This document shows, in pieces, positions 32,706-42,797 of a DNA stretch of 64,000 nucleotides. Source of the DNA: an uncultured Gemmatimonadales bacterium (lineage in GTDB: Bacteria > Gemmatimonadota > Gemmatimonadetes > Gemmatimonadales > Gemmatimonadaceae); NCBI GenBank assembly GCA_963793305.1, contig CAWBZV010000002.1, positions 96,001 through 160,000 of the forward strand, given 5' to 3'. Every line of letters starts with the position of its first letter. The stretch's first letter is position 1. A program made the position numbers and the translations under genes. The notes beneath the pieces are model-generated. The model ran no database searches. It was not told the origin of the DNA and saw only the letters and a program-made list of their open reading frames with translations.

Positions 32706-32734
32706 TTGACGATAGCTGGCCCGTCCCGTACGAT
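32706..32734 (+). promoter_or_regulatory. Sigma70-type promoter of susC2
   Basis: TTGACG-N17-TACGAT. Confidence 0.62.
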
Positions 32735-32862
32735 CGCGTGGGTCAAACGCCCGTAAGTGCTCACAAACCTACTACATACATAGTCGGAGGATTGGCATCC
32801 ACGTCCCTTGTCCGCTCGTCCCACCCCATCGTCCGCCCCAAGAAAAATCTGACGGAGGAACC

Positions 32863-35859
32863 TTGAGAATACGTTCGTCTATCCTGACGGCCGTAGCGCT
32901 CGCACTCGTCGTTGTGCGAGGTGCGTCTGCGCAAGCCACGCAAGTCATTACCGGCCGCGTCGTTGACGAGGCCAACAAAGAGCCGGTCCCCGCGGTCACC
33001 ATAACGGTCACCGGCACCACGATCGGCGCCCTGACCACGGACAGCGGCCGATTCACCTTCCGCCGCGTGCCGTCCGACGCCAAGACCTTGAGCGTGCGCC
33101 GCATCGGCTACCGCGGCGTCACGGTCGCACTCGTTCCGAATCAGACCGAGTACACGATCGCGCTCACGCGCGACGTGCTGCAGCTGGAGCAGGAAGTCGT
33201 GACCGGCGTCGCCACCAGCGTGTCGTCGAAAAACGCGTCGACGTATGACCCCGTCGTGACTGGGGAGCAGCTCAACGGCGCACCCGCGGCGACGATCGAA
33301 AACGCGCTGCAAGGAAAGGTCGCCGGCGTAGAAATCGATCAGAACTCCGGCGCGCCGGGCGGTGGCCTCCAGGTCAACATTCGCGGCGTCACGTCGATCC
33401 TCGGCAACTCGGACCCGCTCTACGTCGTCGACGGCGTCATCGTCTCGAACTTCACGTTCCCGACGGGCCTCAACGCGGTCAGTCAGGCCGGGAGCAATAA
33501 CGGCGGGATGAATCCTGGCAACCAGGATCAGAGCGTCAACCGCATCGCCGACTTGAACCCGAACGACATCGAGTCGATTCAGGTGCTCCAGGGCGCCGCG
33601 GCATCCTCGATCTACGGCAGCCGCGCGGCGGCCGGTGTGATCGTCATTACGACCAAAAAGGGGACGGTCTCGAAGCCGGAGATCGACGCCACGCAAAAGT
33701 TCGGAACGTTTAACCTCGAGCACGAGCTGGACGCGCGGCACTTCACGCTCGGGCAAGCGGATGTCCTCGGTGGCGACGTCGGCCTGACGAACGCCGAGGT
33801 GGCGGCCAATTACGCCGCTTGCAAGGGATTCTGCGACTTCCAGAAATCGCTCTACGGCGGCGGCCAGCTGTCCGACGAGACGGATCTGAGCGTGCGCGGT
33901 GGATCGGGTTCGACGACGTACTACTTGGGTGGTCTCATCAAGTACGATAACGGCGCCGAGATCAATACCGGATACAACAAGCAGACTGCACGCGCCAACC
34001 TGCAGCAGTCGCTGTTTGGGACGGTGACGGCCGGCGCCGACATCGCCTACACGTCCTCGCTCACGCGGACGAACGTCAACGGCAACGACAACCTCGGCAT
34101 CGCGGGCTACGACGCGCTGTCGTACACCCCATCGTTCTTCTGCCTGAACTGCCACGTGCAGGGCGGTGGGTACGTCACGAATCCCTTCGGTCCAGCGAAC
34201 GCGTACCAGGATGCGAACAACATCCAATCGCCGGACGAGGTGAACCGGACGACGCTCTCCGGTACGGTCAACTGGAAGATGTTTACCGCCGAGAAACAGA
34301 GCCTGGAGCTGGCGCTGTTGGGCGGCGCGGACTTCGTGAACGAGCGGGTGCAGTTCTACGAGCCGCCGAACCTGCAGGTGCAGCAATCATCGCTCGTCAC
34401 GACCCCAGGCGTGGCCACGTCCAACAGCGGCTACAATCGCCTCTCGAACTACTCGGTCAGCCTGATCCACCGCTGGACACCGAGCGGCCTGATCGGGGCA
34501 ACGACGTCGATCGGCTTCACGCGCGACAAGAATGCGACGTACCAGGCGGTCGATGCCGCCCAAGGTCTGGTGGTCGGTAACCTGTCGCCGACCAGTGGAA
34601 CGGTCCAGAACCTGTACAACTTCCAGACCGAATCCAACAACACGTCATTCTACGGCCAGGAGCAGCTGCTGCTGTTCAATGAGCGCTTGTCGTTGACCGG
34701 CGGTGTCAACGCCGAACGCAGCACGAACAACGGCAACGTCAACAAGTTCTACGCGTATCCGAAGGTCGCTGGATCGTACCGGGTCTTCACCGGTGACAAC
34801 GAGCTCAAGGTCCGCGCCGCGTACGGAGAGTCGGGCAACCTGCCGGTCTACGGCGTGCGGTTCAATACGATTCTCTCCACGAACTACCAAGGCATCTCCG
34901 GCCTCACACCCAATGAAATCGCCGGTGATCCCAATGTGCGCCCGGAAACGAACACCAGCATCGAGACGGGCTTCGACCTCACGCTGTTCAAGGGGCGGGC
35001 CGGCCTCAATGCGACGATTTTCCAGAAGCGCATCACCAACCTGCTCCTGCCGCAGAGCGTCCTGCCGTCGTCCGGCTTCCAGCAAGCCTACCTCAATGGC
35101 GGCCAGTTGACGAACCAGGGACTCGAGTTGGGGATGTCCGCGACTCCGGTTCAGGTGGGGCACTTCACGTGGAGCATGAACGGGACCTTCACCCGCGTCT
35201 ACGACCGGGTCGACAATCTGCCGGTCCCACCCTTCGAGGCCGGCCAATTCTTCGGCTACTTCCCATTCGGCGGCTACTATATCCAACCGGGCGCTTCGGT
35301 GAACGGGATCTACGGATATCCCAACGCCGCGGCCGGGGCGTCGGCAACGCTGGCGCAGATGGGGAACGCACAGCCGGCGTTCGTTACCACGTTCGGCAAC
35401 GATCTGACCCTCGGTCCGCTCCACGTGCACGTGCTCTTCGACTGGCGCCTCGGTCAATCGGTTGCTGATCTGACCGAGCAGTACTGGGATGGCGCTTACA
35501 GTGGATTCGGACTGCCGTTCTCGTTCGGGAACTTGGCCGACACGACGGCGACGAAGCAGCACTACGGCGAGATTGGCCAAGGCATTACCGCATACGTGCA
35601 GCGCGCATCATTCCTCAAGCTGCGCGAGCTGACGGCGAGATACGACCTCCCGAACACCTTCATCGCCAGTGTCGGCCACGGTTTCGTGCGGAACGCCGCG
35701 ATCACCATCACCGGCCGCAATCTCGTGACTTGGACGAAGTATCCCGGACTGGATCCCGAAGTCAGCAACTTCGGCACCCAGCAGCTCGGACGTGGCCAGG
35801 ATGTCACGCCCTATCCGCCGACGCGGAGCTATTTCGTCTCCCTCGACCTGGGCTTCTGA
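32863..35859 (+). CDS. SusC/RagA TonB-dependent transporter 2
   Basis: GGAGGA before TTG; EVVTG, PLYVVDG, DLNPNDIESIQVLQGAAASSIYGSRAAAGVIVITTKKG, FLKLREL, GRNLVTWTKYPGLDPE; C-terminal Phe. Confidence 0.95.
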   Translation: MRIRSSILTAVALALVVVRGASAQATQVITGRVVDEANKEPVPAVTITVTGTTIGALTTDSGRFTFRRVPSDAKTLSVRRIGYRGVTVALVPNQTEYTIALTRDVLQLEQEVVTGVATSVSSKNASTYDPVVTGEQLNGAPAATIENALQGKVAGVEIDQNSGAPGGGLQVNIRGVTSILGNSDPLYVVDGVIVSNFTFPTGLNAVSQAGSNNGGMNPGNQDQSVNRIADLNPNDIESIQVLQGAAASSIYGSRAAAGVIVITTKKGTVSKPEIDATQKFGTFNLEHELDARHFTLGQADVLGGDVGLTNAEVAANYAACKGFCDFQKSLYGGGQLSDETDLSVRGGSGSTTYYLGGLIKYDNGAEINTGYNKQTARANLQQSLFGTVTAGADIAYTSSLTRTNVNGNDNLGIAGYDALSYTPSFFCLNCHVQGGGYVTNPFGPANAYQDANNIQSPDEVNRTTLSGTVNWKMFTAEKQSLELALLGGADFVNERVQFYEPPNLQVQQSSLVTTPGVATSNSGYNRLSNYSVSLIHRWTPSGLIGATTSIGFTRDKNATYQAVDAAQGLVVGNLSPTSGTVQNLYNFQTESNNTSFYGQEQLLLFNERLSLTGGVNAERSTNNGNVNKFYAYPKVAGSYRVFTGDNELKVRAAYGESGNLPVYGVRFNTILSTNYQGISGLTPNEIAGDPNVRPETNTSIETGFDLTLFKGRAGLNATIFQKRITNLLLPQSVLPSSGFQQAYLNGGQLTNQGLELGMSATPVQVGHFTWSMNGTFTRVYDRVDNLPVPPFEAGQFFGYFPFGGYYIQPGASVNGIYGYPNAAAGASATLAQMGNAQPAFVTTFGNDLTLGPLHVHVLFDWRLGQSVADLTEQYWDGAYSGFGLPFSFGNLADTTATKQHYGEIGQGITAYVQRASFLKLRELTARYDLPNTFIASVGHGFVRNAAITITGRNLVTWTKYPGLDPEVSNFGTQQLGRGQDVTPYPPTRSYFVSLDLGF

Positions 35860-35862
35860 CCG

Positions 35863-37353
35863 ATGAGAGCATATTTCAAACTGATTCCCCTGACCGTTGC
35901 TGGCATGGCTATCACGGCCTGCAACGAGTCGTTGGTTCCGGACTACAATCAATTGACGGCGTTCCCGCACTCCACGGCCGCGCTCCAAGTCGAGTTCACG
36001 GGCGTCTTCAGCCGCGTGCGAACCGACGTCGGTTTCTACACCCAGGCCACAGAGGGCTTCGCGCGCAACGCCGCCTACTATACGCCGTCCGAGGAGCGCT
36101 TTGTCACCGAGCTGACCGGACAGGCGCCGCTGGATGACGACAACTTCGGCGCCGGGGTATGGGACATCGAATACAACGCGGTCAAGGTGGCCGACACGGT
36201 TCAGGGGATTCTTCCCACCATTACCGTGAATGGCTCGCCCATCGCCGCCGCGAATCTCCATGCCTTGGAGGGCGTGGTCGAGACGACCAAGGCGATGGAC
36301 TACATGTACATCGAATTGGCTCACGACACGAACGGCACGGCGATAGGCGCGCCCGGCCAGCCGTACACGGGAACGCTGGCGCCGATTCTCTGCGCCACCG
36401 ATTCCTGGAAAGCGATCGTCGCCATGCTCGACTCGGCCAAAGCGGATCTCGATGCGGCCGGGGCGTCGACCACGATGGCTATTCCTGGCACCAGTTTCAA
36501 ACTGACGATGCCGCCCACCTATTCCGCGCTGGGCAACACGGCGGGCGGATTCGAGGGGCTGACGCTGGCCTTGAGGGCACGCGCGCGCATCGAGCTCGCG
36601 TACGCGATCGCGCGCCGCAGCGCGGCCACGGCGCCGTCCACGACCTCGGCCGGTTCGCCGGACCAGAGCCAGCTCGATTCGGCGATCACCGATATCCTGG
36701 CATCGTCGCTCTACACCCCGACGCTGTCAGCGTCTGAAGCCGTCGCGGCGAACGATCTCGGCGTGTTCCTCGACTTCAGTTCCGCATCCGGCGATATCAC
36801 CAATCCGATCTTCGGCAATGCGGGCGGCACCTTCGCGTTGGAGGGCGCCGCGCAGCAGATCGACACGGTGAATGACCAACGGTTCCTGGCGATGTTCCAG
36901 AAAGCGCCGGCTCTGCCGACGTCGGTCGGGGCCTCATCCGCGTCGAGCTATTCGATGAACTTGAGCAACATCGGCACCAACACACCCCTTACTATCACGC
37001 GCAACATTCAGTTGCAGTTCCTCCTGGCACGGGCGTACCTCGGCACCGGTCAGACGGCCAAAGCGGCCACCATCGTCGACAATGTGCGAACGACGGTTGG
37101 CGGTCTGGCGAGCGGTCTCGGGTCGGTGAACAGCACCGACTATGTGAGCGTCCGAGACTTCTTGATGCGGGAGCTGCGGCCATCAGAGATCATGGACGGC
37201 ACAGGCGAGATGATCGTCTCCATCCGGGACTACGGTCTCATCAAGACGGACCTGACGACCTGGGGCGCCATCGATCAGCATACGACGATGGAGAACATCC
37301 CAGCCGTCGAGCGTCAGCAGCGCAACAACAACTTCGCGGCGGTGTGCCCGTAG
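35863..37353 (+). CDS. SusD/RagB-like lipoprotein
   Basis: AITAC lipobox; LALRARARIEL, QFLLARAYL; immediately follows susC2. Confidence 0.82.
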   Translation: MRAYFKLIPLTVAGMAITACNESLVPDYNQLTAFPHSTAALQVEFTGVFSRVRTDVGFYTQATEGFARNAAYYTPSEERFVTELTGQAPLDDDNFGAGVWDIEYNAVKVADTVQGILPTITVNGSPIAAANLHALEGVVETTKAMDYMYIELAHDTNGTAIGAPGQPYTGTLAPILCATDSWKAIVAMLDSAKADLDAAGASTTMAIPGTSFKLTMPPTYSALGNTAGGFEGLTLALRARARIELAYAIARRSAATAPSTTSAGSPDQSQLDSAITDILASSLYTPTLSASEAVAANDLGVFLDFSSASGDITNPIFGNAGGTFALEGAAQQIDTVNDQRFLAMFQKAPALPTSVGASSASSYSMNLSNIGTNTPLTITRNIQLQFLLARAYLGTGQTAKAATIVDNVRTTVGGLASGLGSVNSTDYVSVRDFLMRELRPSEIMDGTGEMIVSIRDYGLIKTDLTTWGAIDQHTTMENIPAVERQQRNNNFAAVCP

Positions 37354-37390
37354 GCACCGCTTGGTAGTGCGTGCCGCCGGGTGCGATCCG

Positions 37391-38245
37391 TTAGTCTGGG
37401 ATCGCGCCCGGTAGCACGTAGGTCAACGGATCCACCACTTTGCCGTTGACATGCACCTCATAATGGAGGTGCGGGCCCGTAGAGAGGCCGCTGTTGCCGA
37501 TCGCCGCGATCGGCTCGCCGCGCGTGACGCGCTGGCCAACATGCACGAGCACGCGTGAGAGGTGCGCGTACTTCGTCTCCACGCCGTTGCCGTGATCGAT
37601 CTCCAGCACGAGACCATAGCCGTTCTGCGTCGTAATGCGCTCGACGGTCCCCGCGGCCGGCGCCACCACGGGCGTGCCATACGGCGCGGCGAGATCAATG
37701 CCCTCGTGCGGCCGCGCTTTGTGCAGGATCGGATGAAAGCGACTGCGGGAGAACTCACTCGACAACCATCCCGTCGTCGGCATGATCGATGGCGTCGACG
37801 CCAACCGCTCGACATTCTTCGACAGACGGTCGGACACTTCGGCGAAGCTCGCCGACAGATCGTTCGCGCGACGAATGAGGGTGTCCATGTCGACGGCAAC
37901 CATCTCTGATACCGGCGTCGTGCCGACGGAATCCGAGACGGGCAGTCCCGCGAGCAACCGCATCTGATCGCCACGCTTGGCGAGCGAGGCGATCGTGTCT
38001 TGCAGCACCGCGACGCGCTTCTGCATCACGGCCATCTCATGCGCGCGTGAGTCGAGACCCAAGATGCCCAACACGCTGCCGCGCGCGATCGAGAGGCCAA
38101 TGAGCGCGGCCGCGGCCACGACGATACCGCCCGCGAATCCAGCGCCCCATTTCGCGACGCGAACCGTCCGCTCCGACACATTGAGATGTCGGGGCGAGTC
38201 GCTCCCATGCGGGACGATGACGACGGTCCAGGTTCGCTTCATCAT
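37391..38245 (-). CDS. M23-family peptidoglycan metallopeptidase
   Basis: HEGID, YAHLS, STGPHLHYEV; N-terminal TM helix and coiled coil. Confidence 0.93.
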   Translation of the reverse strand: MMKRTWTVVIVPHGSDSPRHLNVSERTVRVAKWGAGFAGGIVVAAAALIGLSIARGSVLGILGLDSRAHEMAVMQKRVAVLQDTIASLAKRGDQMRLLAGLPVSDSVGTTPVSEMVAVDMDTLIRRANDLSASFAEVSDRLSKNVERLASTPSIMPTTGWLSSEFSRSRFHPILHKARPHEGIDLAAPYGTPVVAPAAGTVERITTQNGYGLVLEIDHGNGVETKYAHLSRVLVHVGQRVTRGEPIAAIGNSGLSTGPHLHYEVHVNGKVVDPLTYVLPGAIPD

Positions 38246-38263
38246 GACACGTTAATCTGGAGC

Positions 38264-38291
38264 TTGACTTTAGGGGTCGTTGTCATATCCT
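38264..38291 (+). promoter_or_regulatory. Putative sigma70 promoter of susC3
   Basis: TTGACT-N16-TATCCT in the divergent intergenic region. Confidence 0.4.
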
Positions 38292-38359
38292 GGGCGACCA
38301 TGCAATCGCTGTGACGATACTGTCCAGTTCTGTGACAGCGGAGGGTGGAGCATGATCTT

Positions 38360-41300
38360 ATGAGTCGTCGGTGCAGTGAACAAGTGGTGCTGGGCAGTCT
38401 CGTGGCCTTCATACTATGGGCCACCCCGGTGTGGTCCCAGCGGGCCGTCATTACTGGACGAGTAACCGACGCGGAATCGAACGCTGGCGTCGTGGCCGCC
38501 CAGGTTCGGGTCCCCGGCACGACCTTCGGGACGGTCACGCATACCGACGGCACGTTTCGCTTGGTCGGTGTGGCCGCCGGGCCCGTCACACTCCGGGCGC
38601 TCCGACTCGGCTACCTGGAGTTGACCAAAACTCTCACGGTTCCTGACAGCGGAACGGTGACGGTCGATTTCGCGCTCTCGGCCAGCAAGGTGCAGCTCGA
38701 TCAAGTCGTGATCACCGCGGCCGGGACATCCGAACGCAAACGCGAAGAGGGCATGAGCGTCGCGACGCTCTCCGCCGATTCGATCGCACCGTCGGCCGTC
38801 GCGAATTTCTCCGACGTGCTGTCGTCGCGCGAACCCGGGGTCTCCGTCCAGACGCAGTCCGGCACGACCGGCGGCGGATCGCGGATTCGCATTCGCGGAT
38901 CGAACAGCGCGTCGCTCGGCAATCAGCCGCTCCTCGTCATCGACGGCGTCCGCGTCGATAACGCGGAGTCCGATCTCTCCACGAGCGTCACCGTCGGCGG
39001 GCAAGCGCCGTCACGCTTCGATGACCTCGATCCCGAGGAGATCGAAGATATCACGATCTTGAAAGGCCCGGCCGCCTCCGCCCTCTACGGTTCGGCCGGC
39101 GCCAATGGCGTCATTCAAGTCACGACCAAGCACGGCAAAGCGGGACACACCCAGTGGGATGCGCGCGGCGAGTATGGCTCCGTCCGCAACTACACTGAGA
39201 TGCCAGCCAACTATGGTCGCAACGGCATCAACACGGCGGATGGCTCGTCGACGTCCTTCTGTACGCTCGAATTGCAGGGAGAAGGCTCGTGCACGCCGAC
39301 GGGCCCCAATGGCGGCTTGTTCTCTTTCAATCCCCTGACAACGTATTCACCATTCATTGCCGGCTATCGCCAGGGCTATGGTGGCTCGGTCTCTGGTGGC
39401 AGCGACCTCGCCAGCTTCTTTGGGAGCGGCGACTATTACAAAGAACAGGGCGTCTACCCGAATAACACCGTCGAGCGCGCCAATGTTCGCGCCAACGTCC
39501 ACACGACGTTGAGCCCGAAATTTGATGGCTCGGTGAATATTGGATATCTGGCGGGCGTCCTCGGCCTGCCGCAAAACGACAATGCATCGTTCGGTGTCTT
39601 GAGTGGTGGGTTGCTCGGACAGCCGACCAACGATTCGGTCACGCATGGGTTTTCTTCCGGCGTGACACCGGCGAAGCTCGCGTCGTTCACCACACAGCAA
39701 CAAACCGATCGCTTTACCATGGGCGCCACGGGCAACTGGCACCCGCTCTCCTGGTTCTCGCTGATCAACACCGCGGGCCTCGACTATAGCTCGATCTTCG
39801 ATGTCGTCGACTTGCCGCCCAACGTCTTCCCGACCGGGAGTCAGCTCGGCGGGGGCGAAGCGCAAGACAACCCATTCAAGCACTACACCTGGACCGTCAC
39901 CAGCACGGGCTCGGCGCAATACCCGATCAGCACCGATCTCAAGGGCACGTCGTCACTCGGCATGCAGTTCGTCGAGAGCGTGACCAACGGCGTGCAAGCG
40001 AATTGCCTCACGCAAGTGCCGGGCACGAGCACGCTCGCGGGCTGCACCACGAACCTTTCGCTGCCGTTCGCCCTCCAGCCCACTGACGTGCAGGAAGGTG
40101 GCTTCGCGCAGCAGCAGATCCAGTGGCGCGACAAAGTGTTTCTCACCGGCGCGCTGCGCGGTGACGAAGTCAGCTCCGAGGGCGTGAACGTCGGCATCCA
40201 GTGGTACCCATCAGTCAGTCTCTCATGGGTGATAGGCGAAGAGCCGTTCTTCCCGAAAACGGATCTCGTCAGTTCGCTCCGATTGAGAGCGGCGTTCGGG
40301 GAGTCCGGCCAGTTCCCGACGTTCGGGCAGGATCGCTCGGCGGAGGCCGCGCGCGCGACCAAGAAGCTCGGGTCCGACCAAGCGGCCGTGTTCGACAGCA
40401 CGTTCGGCAACCCGAACCTCACGCCCGAGCGCACGAGCGAGTTCGAGGGTGGGCTCGACGCCGGATTCTGGCGCGACAAAATCAATCTCGAGGCGACGGT
40501 CTACCAGAAGCGCACGAGCCAGGCCCTCGTGCAACGCACGCTCGCGCCCTCGACCGGCGCGGACGAGCAGTTCGTGAACCTGGGATTGGTCCAGAACCAA
40601 GGATTCGAGTTGGGGCTGAACGCGACGCTCATCGACACGCGTCCGTTCCGGGCCGACGTCACCGCGAACGCGTCGGTGAACCACAACAAGCTGCTCAGGC
40701 TTGGCAACGGCATCGCGCCGATCACGTTCGACGCCGGCAACGCCTCCGACACCCAAGGCTTCTATCAAGGCTATCCGCTCGGCGGATTCTGGTCCTATCA
40801 CTACACCTACAAGGACGCGAACCACGACGGGATCATCGAGGCGAGCGAGATCAACGTCGACCAAAGCCACCTGATCTTCTACGGCAACTCGCAGCCGTCC
40901 GACGAGTACTCGATCAGTCCCGAGATCGTAATCTTCAAGTTCTTGAAGATCTCGTCGGTCTTCGACCGGCACGCCGGCGTGTTGACGTACGACGGCACCG
41001 AAGAGTTCCGCTGCGGCTTCGCCTTCCAGATCTGTCCCGAGCTGTATCTCAAGAGCACGCCGCTCAAGTGGCAGGCCGCGGCCGTCTCGTCCGGCCTTGG
41101 GTTGAGTGACGCGGGATGGTACGAGGACGGCTCGTTCTGGAAATGGCGCGAGCTCACCGTCACCGTCTCGGCGCCAAAGTCTTGGGCCCACCGGATCGGC
41201 GCCGCCGATCTCGCGTTCTCCGTGTCCGGTCGCAATCTGGCCACCTGGACCAACTACAAGGGGTTCGACCCCGAGATCAACTTCGGGTACAACGGCGGCA

Positions 41301-41389
41301 ACACGTCCCAGAACAACTTCACTTCGTCTGACTTCTTGACGCAGCCTCCGGTGCGCTATTGGACGGGGCGGGTGAACGTCACATGGTGA
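38360..41389 (+). CDS. SusC/RagA TonB-dependent transporter 3
   Basis: DQVVITA, PLLVIDG, DLDPEEIEDITILKGPAASALYGSAGANGVIQVTTK, FWKWREL, GRNLATWTNYKGFDPE; C-terminal Trp. ATG 38360 has GGAG upstream (GTG 38345 is an alternative). Confidence 0.95.
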   Translation: MSRRCSEQVVLGSLVAFILWATPVWSQRAVITGRVTDAESNAGVVAAQVRVPGTTFGTVTHTDGTFRLVGVAAGPVTLRALRLGYLELTKTLTVPDSGTVTVDFALSASKVQLDQVVITAAGTSERKREEGMSVATLSADSIAPSAVANFSDVLSSREPGVSVQTQSGTTGGGSRIRIRGSNSASLGNQPLLVIDGVRVDNAESDLSTSVTVGGQAPSRFDDLDPEEIEDITILKGPAASALYGSAGANGVIQVTTKHGKAGHTQWDARGEYGSVRNYTEMPANYGRNGINTADGSSTSFCTLELQGEGSCTPTGPNGGLFSFNPLTTYSPFIAGYRQGYGGSVSGGSDLASFFGSGDYYKEQGVYPNNTVERANVRANVHTTLSPKFDGSVNIGYLAGVLGLPQNDNASFGVLSGGLLGQPTNDSVTHGFSSGVTPAKLASFTTQQQTDRFTMGATGNWHPLSWFSLINTAGLDYSSIFDVVDLPPNVFPTGSQLGGGEAQDNPFKHYTWTVTSTGSAQYPISTDLKGTSSLGMQFVESVTNGVQANCLTQVPGTSTLAGCTTNLSLPFALQPTDVQEGGFAQQQIQWRDKVFLTGALRGDEVSSEGVNVGIQWYPSVSLSWVIGEEPFFPKTDLVSSLRLRAAFGESGQFPTFGQDRSAEAARATKKLGSDQAAVFDSTFGNPNLTPERTSEFEGGLDAGFWRDKINLEATVYQKRTSQALVQRTLAPSTGADEQFVNLGLVQNQGFELGLNATLIDTRPFRADVTANASVNHNKLLRLGNGIAPITFDAGNASDTQGFYQGYPLGGFWSYHYTYKDANHDGIIEASEINVDQSHLIFYGNSQPSDEYSISPEIVIFKFLKISSVFDRHAGVLTYDGTEEFRCGFAFQICPELYLKSTPLKWQAAAVSSGLGLSDAGWYEDGSFWKWRELTVTVSAPKSWAHRIGAADLAFSVSGRNLATWTNYKGFDPEINFGYNGGNTSQNNFTSSDFLTQPPVRYWTGRVNVTW

Positions 41390-42795
41390 AACGCGCTGTC
41401 GTGCTGCTGTTCGCCGTCGTGTCGTGCGACCCGGGCAGCACCTTGCACCCGACCGATCGCAGCACGATCACCCCGCAGCAGCTGTATGGGAGCAAGCAAA
41501 ATCTCCCCACCGCACGCCTTTCGGCCCTCGGCGATTTTCAAATTGCCTTTGGCGGATCCGCGGACGAGGCGGGAGGTGGGCATGAGGGACACATCAACAT
41601 GACGGGCCTCTTCGTCGACGAGCTCACGGACGAAGAGACATTCCCCACGCGCATTCAGGTCGACACGCGCATTGCCCCAGCCGTGAACGCGTCGCTGCGC
41701 GGCGTATTCCTGGATCTCCAAACCACGCGCGTGTCGGCAGAACGCACCGACACGGCATACCAGAAGTTCGACTCGCTCAACGTCGGCCACGCCGAAGTGG
41801 TCGACCTGGCGGGATTCGACTACGTGATGTTCGCCGAGAACTATTGCTCGGGCATTCCGTTCAGCACATTGGCATTTTCGGGCCAGATCACGTATGGCCA
41901 GCCGCTGCCGACGGATTCCATCTATGGCCGCGCGATGGCGGACTTTCAGCGTGCCGCGCTCCTCGCGCAAGCAACGATCGTCGCCGCGAACGACACCAAC
42001 GATGCGCAGACCGCGGCCGAGGCGCAGATCTATCTGTATGCCGCCCAGGTGGGCATCGGCCGTGTGCTGCTCGACGAGGGCCAGTACTCCGCCGCGGCGG
42101 CCGCCGTCGTGGGGATCCCCGGCAACTTCGCGTACCAGATGGAATTTTCGACGAACACCGTGAAGCAGAACAACGGCGCCTGGTACTACGGCGCGCCCGT
42201 TGGATTCTACTTCTCGGTGTCCGATGTCGAAGGCACGAACGGCCTCCAGTTCGCGGATACGACGACCGGCAACAATCCGACGATCGATCCGCGGGTGCCG
42301 GTGCAGAACACACAGCAGTACGGGTTCAACGGGTTCAGCTTCCCGTTCATGAACCAGCTCAAGTACCCGCAGGCGTCGAGCAACATCGACGTCGCCGACG
42401 GGATCGAGGCCAAGCTCATCATCGCCGAGGCGGCGCTCAAATCGTCCGATTTCGCGACCGAGAAGGCGAACCTCGACTCGGCCCGCGCCCAGTTCGTTCC
42501 GCCGGTCTTCGGGCCGGTCTCACCGATTCCCATCGACTCCGTGGCCGGAGCGGACGGCAACAACGCGACCCTGACGTTCTTCCGCGAGCGCGCGTTCGAT
42601 CTCTATCTCACCGCGCACCGGTTGAGCGATCTCCGGCGGCTCGTGCGGCAGTATGGGTTCAATCCCAACGCCGTGTTCCCGATCGGTCTCGACGTGACGA
42701 CCGGCACGAACTACGGGACCGACGTCACGTTCCCCGGCTCGTCAGACGAGGCGAACAACCCGAACTATCACGGCTGCCTCAATCGGAACCCGTAG
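41386..42795 (+). CDS. SusD/RagB-like lipoprotein
   Basis: GTGA overlap; FAVVSC lipobox; AENYCSGIPFS, EAKLIIAEAAL, FRERAFDLYLTAHRLSDLRRL. Confidence 0.88.
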   Translation: MKRAVVLLFAVVSCDPGSTLHPTDRSTITPQQLYGSKQNLPTARLSALGDFQIAFGGSADEAGGGHEGHINMTGLFVDELTDEETFPTRIQVDTRIAPAVNASLRGVFLDLQTTRVSAERTDTAYQKFDSLNVGHAEVVDLAGFDYVMFAENYCSGIPFSTLAFSGQITYGQPLPTDSIYGRAMADFQRAALLAQATIVAANDTNDAQTAAEAQIYLYAAQVGIGRVLLDEGQYSAAAAAVVGIPGNFAYQMEFSTNTVKQNNGAWYYGAPVGFYFSVSDVEGTNGLQFADTTTGNNPTIDPRVPVQNTQQYGFNGFSFPFMNQLKYPQASSNIDVADGIEAKLIIAEAALKSSDFATEKANLDSARAQFVPPVFGPVSPIPIDSVAGADGNNATLTFFRERAFDLYLTAHRLSDLRRLVRQYGFNPNAVFPIGLDVTTGTNYGTDVTFPGSSDEANNPNYHGCLNRNP

Positions 42796-42797
42796 CA

